Notes: generated from the letters alone by a model not told the origin. A stretch of 64,000 nucleotides of DNA from an uncultured Chloroflexia bacterium (GCA_963734535.1 CAVTHS010000006.1:128001-192000); one strand, 5' to 3'; shown: positions 45,657-55,545, counted from the stretch's first letter. Translations and numbers: made by a program.

Positions 45657-47021
45657 TCAGCTCCCGCCGATCACTGACGTCACCACCAGGATGAGTGACA
45701 AGAGAATCAGGACCGCCGTGGAGGTCCAGCCGATCGCGCCGAGGATGCGGCCGCTTGCGAGGCTGCCCATGATCTCGCGGTCGCGAGCGAGCAGCATCAC
45801 GAAAACCAGGATGAACGGCAGCAGGAGGGCGTTCAGGACCTGCGCCAGGAACATGACCTGGATCAGCGGCAGCCCCGGGATCATGACGAAGAGCGCGGCG
45901 AACCCGATGAAGAACGCCAGCAGGCCGTAGAACGCGGGCGCCTCGCGCCAGTTCCAGTCGACGCCGGTCTCCCAGCCGAATGCCTCGCAGGTCGTGTACG
46001 CGCTCGTCATCGGCACGACGCCGAGGCCCAGGAACGACGCCCCGAGAAGGCCGCCCGCGAACAGGACGGTCGCCCCCGTTCCCGCGAAGGGCTCGAGCGC
46101 CTTTGCCGCGTCGGCCGCGCCGGTGATCGTGATGCCGGCCGTGAACAGGGTCGCCGCGCAGGCCACCACGATGAAGCCGGCGATGACGTTCGTCAGGAGC
46201 GCGCCGGCGAAGACGTCGAGGCGGCTTGCCGCGAGGTCGTCGGGTCGCAGCCCCTTGTCGGCCACGTACGACTGGATGAACGCCTGGCCCCAGGGCGTGA
46301 TCGTCGTCCCCACGGTGCCGACGACCGCGAGCCAGTAGACCGGCGACGCGGTGAGGTGCGGGACCACGAGGTTCCGCGCGGCGAGTCCCCAGTCAGGTCC
46401 GGCGATGAACGCCGAGATGACGTAGGCGCCGGAGACGAGGATCCCGATCCCGACGAAGAGGTACTGGACCCGGCTGTAGTTGCCCAGGGCGATGAACCCG
46501 ACCACGATCACCGCCGCGACCGCGGCGCTGATCTGGGGCGGCACGCCGAACAGGCCGAGGGCGGACCCGATGCCTGCGAACTCCGCGACGGTCGATCCCA
46601 GGTTGGCCGTGAGCATGAGGAGCGCGGCGAACGCGGCCCACCGAACGCCCCATCGCTCGCGGATCAGGCCCATGAGGCCCTTGCCCGTGGCAAGCCCCAG
46701 GCGCGCCCCCACCTCCTGCGTGAAGAACAGGACGACCTGGCTCGCAAGGATCACCCACAGGAGCGCGTAGCCGAGCTGCGCCCCCACGATGGAGTAGGTC
46801 GTGATGCCACCGGCGTCGTTGTCGGCGAAGCCGCTCACGAGGCCCGGTCCCAGGACGGCGAGGACGGCGACGAGCCGCACCCGCCAGGCGGGAATCCGGG
46901 GGAGCGGGCGGGGGACCCGCGGGCGGATGGCGCGCGTGGCCGCGGTGCGCGTACCGGGGCGCCGCTGCTGCGTCACCGGCTGTGCTACCGGCTGAAGACG
47001 CGCGGGAGGCGCTTCTTCCAC
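45657..47021 (-). CDS. NRAMP-family divalent cation transporter (Mg-type subfamily); start probably further downstream
   Basis: LGPGLVSGFADNDAGGITTYS..GA..GY, QEVGARLG..TGKGL, VGTTITPW. Confidence 0.9.
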   Translation of the reverse strand: MEEAPPARLQPVAQPVTQQRRPGTRTAATRAIRPRVPRPLPRIPAWRVRLVAVLAVLGPGLVSGFADNDAGGITTYSIVGAQLGYALLWVILASQVVLFFTQEVGARLGLATGKGLMGLIRERWGVRWAAFAALLMLTANLGSTVAEFAGIGSALGLFGVPPQISAAVAAVIVVGFIALGNYSRVQYLFVGIGILVSGAYVISAFIAGPDWGLAARNLVVPHLTASPVYWLAVVGTVGTTITPWGQAFIQSYVADKGLRPDDLAASRLDVFAGALLTNVIAGFIVVACAATLFTAGITITGAADAAKALEPFAGTGATVLFAGGLLGASFLGLGVVPMTSAYTTCEAFGWETGVDWNWREAPAFYGLLAFFIGFAALFVMIPGLPLIQVMFLAQVLNALLLPFILVFVMLLARDREIMGSLASGRILGAIGWTSTAVLILLSLILVVTSVIGGS

Positions 47022-48241
47022 GCGGTGGGGATGATCGTGTCGAGCGCGTCGTCGACGGTCACGATGCCGACCAGGCGGCCGTCGTCGTCGACCACGGGCA
47101 CCGCCAGCAGGTTGTAGTGCGCGACGACCTCGGCCACCTCGTCCTGGTCCGCGAGGGCTCCGACCGCCACCGGTTCGCGGATCATCACGTCGCCGATGGC
47201 GGCCTCCGGCCGCGCCACGATCAGGTCACGCAGCGACAGCACCCCCACGAGCCGGCGGTCCTCGTCGGTCACGTACACGTAGTAGATCGTCTCCGCGTCG
47301 GGCTCCAGCTCGCGAAGCCGGTTGATCGCCTGGGCCGCCGTGAGGCCCGCCCCGAGGGCGATGTACTCGGTGGTCATGATCCCGCCGGCGGACTCCTCGG
47401 GATAGCCAAGGAGCTCGTTGACCTCCGCGACCTCGTCCTTCTCCATGTGCGAGAGGATCTCGTCGCGGGTGTCCTGGTCCAGGTCGGCCACGAGGTCGGC
47501 CGCATCGTCGGGCGACATCTCCTCGAGGATGTCGGCGGCGCGCTCCGGGGCGAGATCCTCCAGGACGTCGACCTGGGTCTCCGGCTCCATCTCCTCCATC
47601 GCGTCGGCGACCGCTTCGTCATTCAGGGCGGCAAGGACGCCGGCGCGGTCGCGCGGCGCGAGCTGCTCGACGATGGACGCGAGGTCGGCCGGGTGCAGCT
47701 GAAGGAGCTTGCTGTGGGGCACGCGCAGCCGGACGCTCGCGATCGTGCTGTCCAGGGGATCCACGTCCTCCCAGTCGATGTAGCGCTCGGGGACGCCGCG
47801 GCCCAGGTTGCGAGCGAGGACGCGGAACGGCCCCTCGAAGCCGAGACGACGCATCAGCCCGGCCGCACCGACGTCGACTGCCACGACGTGCAGCGCCCCT
47901 TCGATCTCGTCGAGGCTGACGTCGTTGACCCGGATCACCTTGCGTCCCTCGATGTCGACGATCTGCTTGTCCATGAGGTCGCCCTTGAGCAGGATCTCGT
48001 TCGGGCGCTGGCGGAACTTGCCGATGTCGATGGTCAGGACGCGGAGGCGCGCGCCGGTCGCGTCCATCTGGGCGACCGACGCCCAGGGCAGGAAGATGCG
48101 CCGGCGGTCGGTCACCACGACCAGGCCGGTGACGGGCGGATAGCGGTCGCCGATCGCCACGATCAGGTCGGCGACCTTGCCGATCGGCTCGCCCGACGGA
48201 TCGCGGACAGGCCGACCGATGCACTGGCTCAGGAAGAGCAT
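46985..48241 (-). CDS. MgtE cytosolic-domain protein (PRC barrel, MgtE_N, CBS pair; no TM)
   Basis: DKQIVDIEGRKVIRVND, LHPADLA, YPEESAGGIMTTEY, YNLLAVPVVD..LVGIVTVDD. Confidence 0.9.
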   Translation of the reverse strand: MLFLSQCIGRPVRDPSGEPIGKVADLIVAIGDRYPPVTGLVVVTDRRRIFLPWASVAQMDATGARLRVLTIDIGKFRQRPNEILLKGDLMDKQIVDIEGRKVIRVNDVSLDEIEGALHVVAVDVGAAGLMRRLGFEGPFRVLARNLGRGVPERYIDWEDVDPLDSTIASVRLRVPHSKLLQLHPADLASIVEQLAPRDRAGVLAALNDEAVADAMEEMEPETQVDVLEDLAPERAADILEEMSPDDAADLVADLDQDTRDEILSHMEKDEVAEVNELLGYPEESAGGIMTTEYIALGAGLTAAQAINRLRELEPDAETIYYVYVTDEDRRLVGVLSLRDLIVARPEAAIGDVMIREPVAVGALADQDEVAEVVAHYNLLAVPVVDDDGRLVGIVTVDDALDTIIPTAWKKRLPRVFSR

Positions 48242-48476
48242 GGGCCACCTCGGGGGCGGGTCCGTCCCGCCTCTGGGTGGCCGCGGGCCGGGCGCATCGC
48301 GCGCACCGGCACCGCACCGCTCAACGGACGGGGCGGACCTCGTGGGTGATGCCAACGCTGCGCGCGCCGGCGGGACTTGGTCCGGTCTCCACTTGGGGAG
48401 AGGTCCTCCGTGCGGGTCTGGATGCCTGGCCGGCCCCTGTGCGCGTTGACTGCGGGCGTTGTGGTGAGGCAGGCCG

Positions 48477-48506
48477 AGTGTAGTCCCGCGATCGGCGAAG
48501 GGTCAA
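48477..48506 (-). promoter_or_regulatory. Sigma70-type promoter for the MgtE-N/NRAMP operon
   Basis: TTGACC-N18-TACACT, ~235 nt upstream of ATG. Confidence 0.55.
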
Positions 48507-48898
48507 TTCGAGCATGCTCGCGTGTGCATGCTCGCGGCCCCATCGGGCAGGCCTGCTCACATGTCAGGGCGCCCCCGGATGTCCCAGGCGCAGACGGCTG
48601 ACGGGCGCGCGCGCTGGACTGACGCGGCCACGACTGACGCCCGGGGTTGGGCTCCGATCCTCGTCAATGATCGCCGGGCCATCACTGACCACGATGCCGT
48701 CTGGTCGCGACCTTCCGGGTGACCGCACGAGCCCGGCCCGGGCGCCGTTACCCTCGCTATTGCTGCTGGTGCGGCGCACATCCGAGGAATTCCCCGGGCG
48801 CCTTGGTGATCCTGAGCGTCCCGGGCGCCGTGTGGCGCCTGACCATCCAGGTTTGTGATCGCAGGCGAGGCATTGGCGAGGAAAGTCACTCCCACGCG

Positions 48899-49183
48899 GC
48901 CGGCTCGGTGGTCACGCCGCCGGCTCGGTGCCCACGGCCGGCTCGGTGCTCACGCGCCGCCGGCTCGGCGCCCACGGCCGGCTCGGTGCTCACGCGCCGC
49001 CGGCTCGGCGCCCACGGCCGGCTCGGTGCTCACGCGCGGCGGGCTCGGTGCTCACGCGCCGCCGGCTCGGTGCTCACGCGCCGCCGGCTCGGTGCTCACG
49101 CGCCGCCGGCTCGGTGCTCACGCGCCGCCGGCTCGGTGCTCACGCGCCGCCGGCTCGGTGCTCACGCACCGCCGGCTCGGTGC
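48899..49183. repeat. Minisatellite, ~14 units of GCCGGCTCGGTGCTCACGCGCC (22 bp) with 18-20 bp variants
   Basis: Directly visible tandem array without unique spacers. Confidence 0.92.
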
Positions 49184-49371
49184 GGCGGCCGGCGCGGCCC
49201 TGACCGCCGCCGGGTCCTCCGGCGCCCGGCGCGGAGCGCCGACGCGGTCTGATCTCGGTCGCCCCGGACCATCGGAGCATGGACCCGGACGAAGGTACTG
49301 CCCCACAACCGCCGTGAGTACTGCGCCGGGGACTGGCGGGTGCGGGGTGAGCGCGCCATCCTTGGAGCGTC

Positions 49372-50958
49372 GTGAGCTTCCTTCGCCGCATCCGCCCCGA
49401 CTACGACCGCACGAACCCGCTCGCGCGCCGCGTCTGGCGCCTCCGGTGGCTCCTTGCGGCGTTCTCGACCCTGCTCGGGCTCCTGCTGCTCTATCGACTC
49501 GTGACGCTCGACCGGCCCATCGACCTCGTGATCCTTGCCCTCCTCCCGCTCGTGGCCGCGTCCGAGCTCACCAGCTGGTACGCGGTGGAGGCGCGCGAGG
49601 GACGCCGCCGCGCCGTCGCCGAGGACATGGCCCGGATCCTCCACGACTTCTCTCGGGCCGAGTCGCCGGACGGGATCGTGGACGCGATCCTCGCCGAGGT
49701 GGCGCGCGGCACTGGCGCCGACCACCTGGTCGTGGTCCAGCGTCGACCGGGGACCCCGATCCTGGACGCGACGCTCATCGCGACACGACCGGGCGCGCAG
49801 TCGTCGTCGGCGTACCTGCCCGCCGCGGACCTCGAGCCGGATCCGCCGCCGGGGCCGCTGCCCGAGCGGCGCGGACGGCTCCGGAACGGGAGTGATGCGG
49901 GAGAGTCCGTCCCCGTCGGGGTCGGTGTCGTGGTGGAAGGACGCGACCTGGCGCCAGCTCGCGCGATGGCGGACGGCTCCGCGGGGACTGGCACCGGTGT
50001 GGCCGAGTCCGGTCGGGCCGACGCCGGCGAGGTCGTCGCAGCCGGAGGGGATACGCGGCGAACCGATGAGCGCGGCGCCGGTGAGCGAGGCGCGGGCGCC
50101 GGGGGGACGGACACCCTCAACGATGTGACGGTCGGTGTCGCCGTGGGCCCCGGCCGGGGGGCCGCGCTCGCGGCCGACGAGACACCCGAGGAATTGCGTG
50201 CTGCCCGGGCCTCGCTCCGCGGCCAGCCAGACCCGGCCGCGGCTGCGGCGTCGGTGGCTGCCCGCGTCGAGGGTCGCGTCCGGCGCACCTTCGGCATCTC
50301 GCACACGCTGGCCGTCCCACTCGTTGCGCGCGAGGAGATCCTGGGCGTCATCGTGATCTCGCGTCGCCGGCCCGGCAGCTGGCCGGATGGTGCGCGCCGA
50401 ATCCTCGACATCGCTGCCGCGGAGGCCGCCACCGCGCTCGCCCGCGTCCACTCGCTCCGCGACGCGCAGGCGCGTGCGTCCACGGACCCGCTGACCGGGC
50501 TGCCGAACCGGCGCTACTTCGAGGAATACGTCGAGCTGCTGGGGCGCGGCCGTCGTGCCGAGGATGCGCTCGGGATCCTGATGGTGGACGTCGATCGCTT
50601 CAAGGTCGTCAACGATCGACATGGCCACGCGATCGGCGACGTGGTGCTCCGCGCCATCGGCCGGACGATCGCCACGACCGTGCGCGACCTCGACGTTCCG
50701 GCCCGCTTCGGGGGCGAGGAGTTCGTGGTCCTGCTGCGCAACCCGAGCGAGGCGGTCGCGCTTGAGGTCGGGGAGCGGATCCGGGATGCCGTCGCGCGGA
50801 TCGACCTGCACGACATCGGCGTCGGGGCCGTCACGGTCTCCGTGGGTGCGTCCGTCTCGCGCTCGGAAGACGAGGCCGTCGCCACGCTCGTGGAGCGCGC
50901 CGACCATGCCCTCTATCGAGCCAAGCGGCAGGGTCGCAACCGGGTGGAGGCGGCGTAG
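49372..50958 (+). CDS. Membrane-anchored diguanylate cyclase (2 TM, GAF-like domain with low-complexity insert, GGDEF)
   Basis: TDPLTGLPNRRY, DVDRFK.VND.HGH..GD, RDLD I-site, ARFGGEEF, RADHALY.AK..GRN. Confidence 0.92.
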   Translation: MSFLRRIRPDYDRTNPLARRVWRLRWLLAAFSTLLGLLLLYRLVTLDRPIDLVILALLPLVAASELTSWYAVEAREGRRRAVAEDMARILHDFSRAESPDGIVDAILAEVARGTGADHLVVVQRRPGTPILDATLIATRPGAQSSSAYLPAADLEPDPPPGPLPERRGRLRNGSDAGESVPVGVGVVVEGRDLAPARAMADGSAGTGTGVAESGRADAGEVVAAGGDTRRTDERGAGERGAGAGGTDTLNDVTVGVAVGPGRGAALAADETPEELRAARASLRGQPDPAAAAASVAARVEGRVRRTFGISHTLAVPLVAREEILGVIVISRRRPGSWPDGARRILDIAAAEAATALARVHSLRDAQARASTDPLTGLPNRRYFEEYVELLGRGRRAEDALGILMVDVDRFKVVNDRHGHAIGDVVLRAIGRTIATTVRDLDVPARFGGEEFVVLLRNPSEAVALEVGERIRDAVARIDLHDIGVGAVTVSVGASVSRSEDEAVATLVERADHALYRAKRQGRNRVEAA

Positions 50959-51128
50959 CCGCAAGTCGGGGCGAGGCCAAGGCGGGGCGCAGCCGCGAGG
51001 CTGGGCGAGGCCAAAGGCGGGCATGGCCGCGAGGCGACCCCACGTGGCGGCCCGACGCAACGGTGCCCGCACGGCGTCGCTCGCGCCCAAACACCCGACG
51101 CAGGTCCCGCGGCGGGTACCATCGACGG

Positions 51129-52997
51129 ATGGCTGTCGATATGCGTGCCGGAGGGCCGCAACCCCCGAACGAGGTGCCGCTGCTCACGAACGGGGAGATC
51201 GCGCTCGTCTTCCACGAGATCGGGGACCTCCTGGAGATCAAGGGCGAGCTCGTCTTCAAGACCGTCGCGTATCACCGCGCGGCCGACGCGATCGCCCACA
51301 GCCCCGTCGAGATCGCCCGAGCCTACCGGGCCGGCACCCAGCCGCGGATTCCCGGCGTGGGAAAGGCCATCTCGGACAAGATCGCCGAGCTCGCCACGAC
51401 CGGCCGGCTCGCCTTCCTCGACCGGCTCCACGCCGAGGTGCCGGGCTCCCTCGTCGAGGTCCTCGCGATCCCCGGTCTCGGCCCGAAGACGGTCAAGCTC
51501 CTGTGGGAGCGCCTGGGCATCACGACCCTCGACGGGCTGCGGACCGCCCTCGATTCGGGCGCGCTCCGCGACGCGAAGGGGATCAGCGAGAAGGGCGAAC
51601 AGGCCATCCGGTTCGGGCTCGACGCGCTGGAGCAGCGCAGCGTCCGGATGACGCTGGGCGACGCCGAGCGGATCGTCGGGAGCATCATCGAGCTGCTGGG
51701 GGACACGCCCGGGGTCGTGGCGCTGACCCCGGCCGGCTCGTTCCGGCGTCGCCGCGAGACCATCGGCGACCTGGACATCCTCGCCGAGACGTCCGACCCC
51801 GCCGCCCTGATCGATCGCTTCACGGCGCTCCCGCCGGTCGAGCACGTCGTGGGGGCGGGTCCGCAGAAGAAGGCGTCGATCCGGCTGCTGCGCGGACCGC
51901 AGGTGGACCTCATGACGTTCCCACCCGGCGATGCGGGCACCTACCTCGTCCACTTCACCGGCAGCAAGGACCACAACGTCCGGCTCCGCGGGATCGCCCG
52001 CGATCGTGGCTGGAGCCTGTCGGAGAAGGGCTTCCTGCGGCTCGGCGAGGATGGGGAGCCCGCGGCAGGGGCGGCGGCCGAGCTTCGCACCTTCGCGACC
52101 GAAGCCGAGGTGTATGCGTTCCTGGGCCTCGCCGAGGTGCCACCCGAGCTGCGCGAGGATCGCGGCGAGGTCGAGGCCGCCCGCGACGGCCGCCTCCCGC
52201 ACCTCATCGTGGAGGCCGACCTGCGCGGCGACTGCCACGCCCACTCCAGCTGGTCGGACGGGGTCCACACGATCGAGCAGATGGCGGAGACGGCCCGCGC
52301 GCGCGGCTACGCCTACCTCGTCCTGACGGACCACTCGCACGGGCTCGCGATCGCGCGCGGGCTGACGCCCGAACGGGTGCTCGCGCAGCGCGAGATCGTG
52401 CGCGACCTGAACCGCCGGTTCGCCACCGAGGAGGACGCCGGGACCGCCCCCGCGGCCACGCCACCAGGAGGGTTCCGGCTGCTCCACGGCTGCGAGCTGG
52501 AGATACGCGCGGACGGCGCGCTCGACTTCGACGACGAGATCCTCGCGGCCTTCGACGTTGTGGTCGCGGCGCTCCACCAGGGCCGCCGGCAGCCGCGCGC
52601 CCAGCTGACCGAGCGGGTGCTCGGCGCGATCCGCAGCCCGCACGTCGACGTCATCGCGCACCCCGCCGGCCGCATGCTCGGCGAGCGGGCACGCGACGAC
52701 CTCGACCTCGCCTGGGACGAGATCTTCGCGGCCGCCGCGGCGAACGGGACGCTCATGGAGATCGACGGCTCGGATCACCGCCTCGACCTGGCGCCCGAAC
52801 GGGCGCGACGGGCCGTCGAAGCCGGCTGCCTGCTGACCATCGACTCCGACGCCCATCGAACCGACGAGCTGGCCGGGATCCGCTGGGGCGTCGCGCAGGC
52901 CCGGCGCGCGTGGGTCGAGCCGGCGGTCGTGGCGAACACGTGGCCGCGGGACGCGCTCCTCGCGTGGGTGGCCGCCAAGCCGGGCCGCCTCCGATGA
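51129..52997 (+). CDS. polX: DNA polymerase X with PHP 3'-5' exonuclease domain
   Basis: IPGVGKAI, IPGLGPKT, AGSFRR..ETIGDLDIL, FTGSKDHN, PPELRE, HAHSSWSDG, TDHS, DSDAH; TACCAT -10 6 nt before ATG. Confidence 0.95.
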   Translation: MAVDMRAGGPQPPNEVPLLTNGEIALVFHEIGDLLEIKGELVFKTVAYHRAADAIAHSPVEIARAYRAGTQPRIPGVGKAISDKIAELATTGRLAFLDRLHAEVPGSLVEVLAIPGLGPKTVKLLWERLGITTLDGLRTALDSGALRDAKGISEKGEQAIRFGLDALEQRSVRMTLGDAERIVGSIIELLGDTPGVVALTPAGSFRRRRETIGDLDILAETSDPAALIDRFTALPPVEHVVGAGPQKKASIRLLRGPQVDLMTFPPGDAGTYLVHFTGSKDHNVRLRGIARDRGWSLSEKGFLRLGEDGEPAAGAAAELRTFATEAEVYAFLGLAEVPPELREDRGEVEAARDGRLPHLIVEADLRGDCHAHSSWSDGVHTIEQMAETARARGYAYLVLTDHSHGLAIARGLTPERVLAQREIVRDLNRRFATEEDAGTAPAATPPGGFRLLHGCELEIRADGALDFDDEILAAFDVVVAALHQGRRQPRAQLTERVLGAIRSPHVDVIAHPAGRMLGERARDDLDLAWDEIFAAAAANGTLMEIDGSDHRLDLAPERARRAVEAGCLLTIDSDAHRTDELAGIRWGVAQARRAWVEPAVVANTWPRDALLAWVAAKPGRLR

Positions 52998-53060
52998 GCG
53001 GGACCCTGAGCGGGACCCGATGAGCGCGACCCGATGAGCGCGAACCGATGAGCGCGAACC
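52991..53060 (+). repeat. Tandem repeats of the polX stop / next-gene start junction (CCGATGAGCG...), forming three mini-ORFs
   Basis: ATGA at 52994, 53020, 53034, 53048. Confidence 0.85.
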
Positions 53061-54175
53061 GCCCGCGCGTACCCCGCTTCGGAAGATTTCCGCGGTTCGG
53101 GCGGCTTCCGTCGCTGCGGGGCCTGCTGGGCCGGCGCCGTCCGCCCCTCGCGATGGGCCGGCCGGGCGTCCCCGTGGCGCCGCAGACGCGCGGAGGGCGC
53201 GCTCGCGACCCGCACGCGGGCGGTCGTCCCTCGGGTCCCGGGGTTGTCGGCCGAGCGCTCCCGAGGGACGTCTCCGGGCCGGGATCGGCCGCGGGCGGCG
53301 CGGCGGCGGATGCGGGCGTCGCCTTCATGGGGGTGGGCGAAGCCGGTTCGAGCGGCCCAGCCGGCGCGAGCGCCTGGAAGGAGATGGTCACGCTCACCGT
53401 GGTCCTGGTCGGGCTGAGCCGCCTGGTCGAGGGGCCCGCACTCTGGGCGATGGCCGTGCTCGCGCTCGTCGTGCACGTGCTCGCGACCCTCGAGGTGCTG
53501 GGAACCGACGCCGCGGCCCAGGAGGAGGGCGTCCCGGTCGAGGCCCTTCTCGTCCCCGGGGTCGCCGCCGTCGCGGCGATCGGGGCGCTCCGGCTCGTCC
53601 CGGTCGGGCTCCTGCTCGTGCCGGCGCTCTTCGCGGCCGGCTGCCTGGTGCTCGCGTCCGTTGCCCTGGAGCGGCGGATCCTCGGCCGCGCCAACGGGCC
53701 GACGGCCGACGACCGTGCCGGCCTGCTCAGCCTCGTGCTGATCGTCGCGTTCGTCGCCTTCTCCGGGATCGCGGCCGCCATCCCGGGCGCGCTCGCGGAA
53801 CCGGTCGGGGGAAGCGTGGCGGCGCGTCCCGGGCTGCCCATGGAGGGCATGATCCTGCTCGCGGCCGCCGACGGGCTGCTCGCGGCGCTCCTCGGGTATC
53901 GGCTGGCGGCCCTTCGAGCCCCGGACCTGCGGGGTGCCGCGATCTCGGCGCTGTCGTACGCGGCGGTCGTGGCGATCGCTGCTGCCAGCCTCCGGGCCAT
54001 GGCGATCCCGCGCCTGCTCGGCCCCGCCCTCCTGACCCTCGTCGTGTACCTGTGGGGCGCCTACCGCGGAGCGCCGCGGCCTGCTCGCGCGGACGCCCGC
54101 TGGGCATGGGAGCTGCTGCTCCTGCTCGGGCTCGGCGCGATCGTGATCGCCTGGAACCTCCTCGCCCAGGGCTGA
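53048..54175 (+). CDS. Hypothetical multi-pass membrane protein
   Basis: Long hydrophobic ORF after a low-complexity N-terminus; ATGA-coupled start. Confidence 0.7.
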   Translation: MSANRPRVPRFGRFPRFGRLPSLRGLLGRRRPPLAMGRPGVPVAPQTRGGRARDPHAGGRPSGPGVVGRALPRDVSGPGSAAGGAAADAGVAFMGVGEAGSSGPAGASAWKEMVTLTVVLVGLSRLVEGPALWAMAVLALVVHVLATLEVLGTDAAAQEEGVPVEALLVPGVAAVAAIGALRLVPVGLLLVPALFAAGCLVLASVALERRILGRANGPTADDRAGLLSLVLIVAFVAFSGIAAAIPGALAEPVGGSVAARPGLPMEGMILLAAADGLLAALLGYRLAALRAPDLRGAAISALSYAAVVAIAAASLRAMAIPRLLGPALLTLVVYLWGAYRGAPRPARADARWAWELLLLLGLGAIVIAWNLLAQG

Positions 54176-54480
54176 CCCGCGGCCCGGCGTGCGGAGGACG
54201 GCGGGCGGGCGGGAGCGGCGGGAGCGGGCGGGAGCGGGCGTGGCGCCGTAGCCCGACGCGGGCATCGCGGCCACGATGCCGGCGTCCAGCCGACGGGGGC
54301 ACGTCGCCAGAAATCGGCTCCACCGATGAGATTCGGGTGCCTCGAGCGTGGACGTACAACGAATGTCGGCTTCGGCTGCGTCCAGGAGCGTGGACCAGGC
54401 GATTCCGATCGGCAGGGCCGATATTCGTCGCGGTGTGAACGGCGCCGACGGGCGGCGGCCCTGCACCGTATCTCCACACG

Positions 54481-54618
54481 ACGCCCGCCGTTTGACGCCC
54501 GCCGTCTGACCCGGGCGTTTGACGCCGGGGCGTTTGACGCCGGGCGTTTGACGCCGGGCGTTTGACGCCCTCCGTTTGATGCCCTCCGTTTGACGCCCGC
54601 GGCTGCCGGTGCTACAAA
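54481..54618 (+). promoter_or_regulatory. Array of ~8 14-bp units carrying TTGACG; the last unit forms a sigma70 promoter
   Basis: Six exact TTGACG plus two variants; last TTGACG(54590)-N17-TACAAA with a TG extended -10. Confidence 0.7.
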
Positions 54619-54687
54619 CGTGAGTCGCACCCCTAACGCGACCCGCTTCGGCGCGCCCCGCGCCGCCCCGAAAGGATCCAACCCTCC

Positions 54688-55545
54688 GTGACGTTTCCCG
54701 AGCTCGAGCAGACGACGCAGAGCGCACCCAGCCTCTCCCGGATCAAGCGGACCCTGACCGAGCAGGCGATCGCCGAGGCAGCCGCGGCCCAGTGGGCAGC
54801 CGCCGCCGACGTGAACCGGAAGCTCCTCGAATACGGTCCCGATGCAGAGGCGGAGAATCGCCTCGCCAAGTCCCTCTGGGAGCTGGGCGACCTCGCCGGC
54901 GCACGCGAGCACTACCAGAAGGCGCTCGCCCTGGACCCGACGAACCGGATCGCCGAGCGGAACATCGACCGGCTCAAGATCCTGCTCGTGGAGGCCGGCG
55001 ATCGAACCAACCCTGCCGAGGTCGGCAGCAAGGCACCGATCTCGATCTTCGTCGAGGAGACCGGCAAGACCGGGTTCGCGCACCTGATGGAGCTCGCCCG
55101 CCCGAAGGTCCTCGCCCAGGTCAACCCGGGCGACCTCGTGGAGCTCTTCGCCGAGGGCAAGCACCTCGTCGCGATGTCGAACGGCATCCGGATCGGCGTG
55201 GTGGAGCCCCGCGTCGCGGCCCGCCTCCTGAAGCTGATCGCGAACGGCAACCGCTACGCCGCCGGCGTGACGTCGCTCGGTGCCCAGGACGTCCGGATCA
55301 TCATCCGCGAGATCTTCCAGGACCCGCGCAACTACGGCAAGGTCAGCTTCCCGACGGCCGCGAAGTCCACGGACCTGCGCCCCTACACGAAGGGCACGCT
55401 GGTCCGCGAGGACGAGGAGCTCGAGGACGAGCTCGAGGACGACATCGAGGACGACGAGATCGAGGACCTGGACCGCGTCCTGCCGGCCGACGTGACGCCC
55501 GACGAGGCCTTCGAAGAGGAGCCCGACGAGCTCGACGAGCCATAG
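54688..55545 (+). CDS. TPR-repeat protein with beta-rich middle domain and acidic tail
   Basis: AEAENRLAKSLWELG..A.EHYQKALALDPTN.IA; FVEETGKT; EDEELEDELEDDIEDDEIEDLD. Confidence 0.85.
   Translation: MTFPELEQTTQSAPSLSRIKRTLTEQAIAEAAAAQWAAAADVNRKLLEYGPDAEAENRLAKSLWELGDLAGAREHYQKALALDPTNRIAERNIDRLKILLVEAGDRTNPAEVGSKAPISIFVEETGKTGFAHLMELARPKVLAQVNPGDLVELFAEGKHLVAMSNGIRIGVVEPRVAARLLKLIANGNRYAAGVTSLGAQDVRIIIREIFQDPRNYGKVSFPTAAKSTDLRPYTKGTLVREDEELEDELEDDIEDDEIEDLDRVLPADVTPDEAFEEEPDELDEP

Noticed and set aside
48242-48470. Canonical ykoK (M-box) or yybP-ykoY riboswitch
   Set aside because: Conserved core sequences not recognised by eye; kept only as a candidate leader
48540-48898. Small ORFs or ncRNA in the long intergenic gap
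   Set aside because: Only short CTGACG repeats and GC-rich pairings; no supportable call
48899-49183. Possible CRISPR array
   Set aside because: Units are contiguous with no unique spacers; no cas genes in the window
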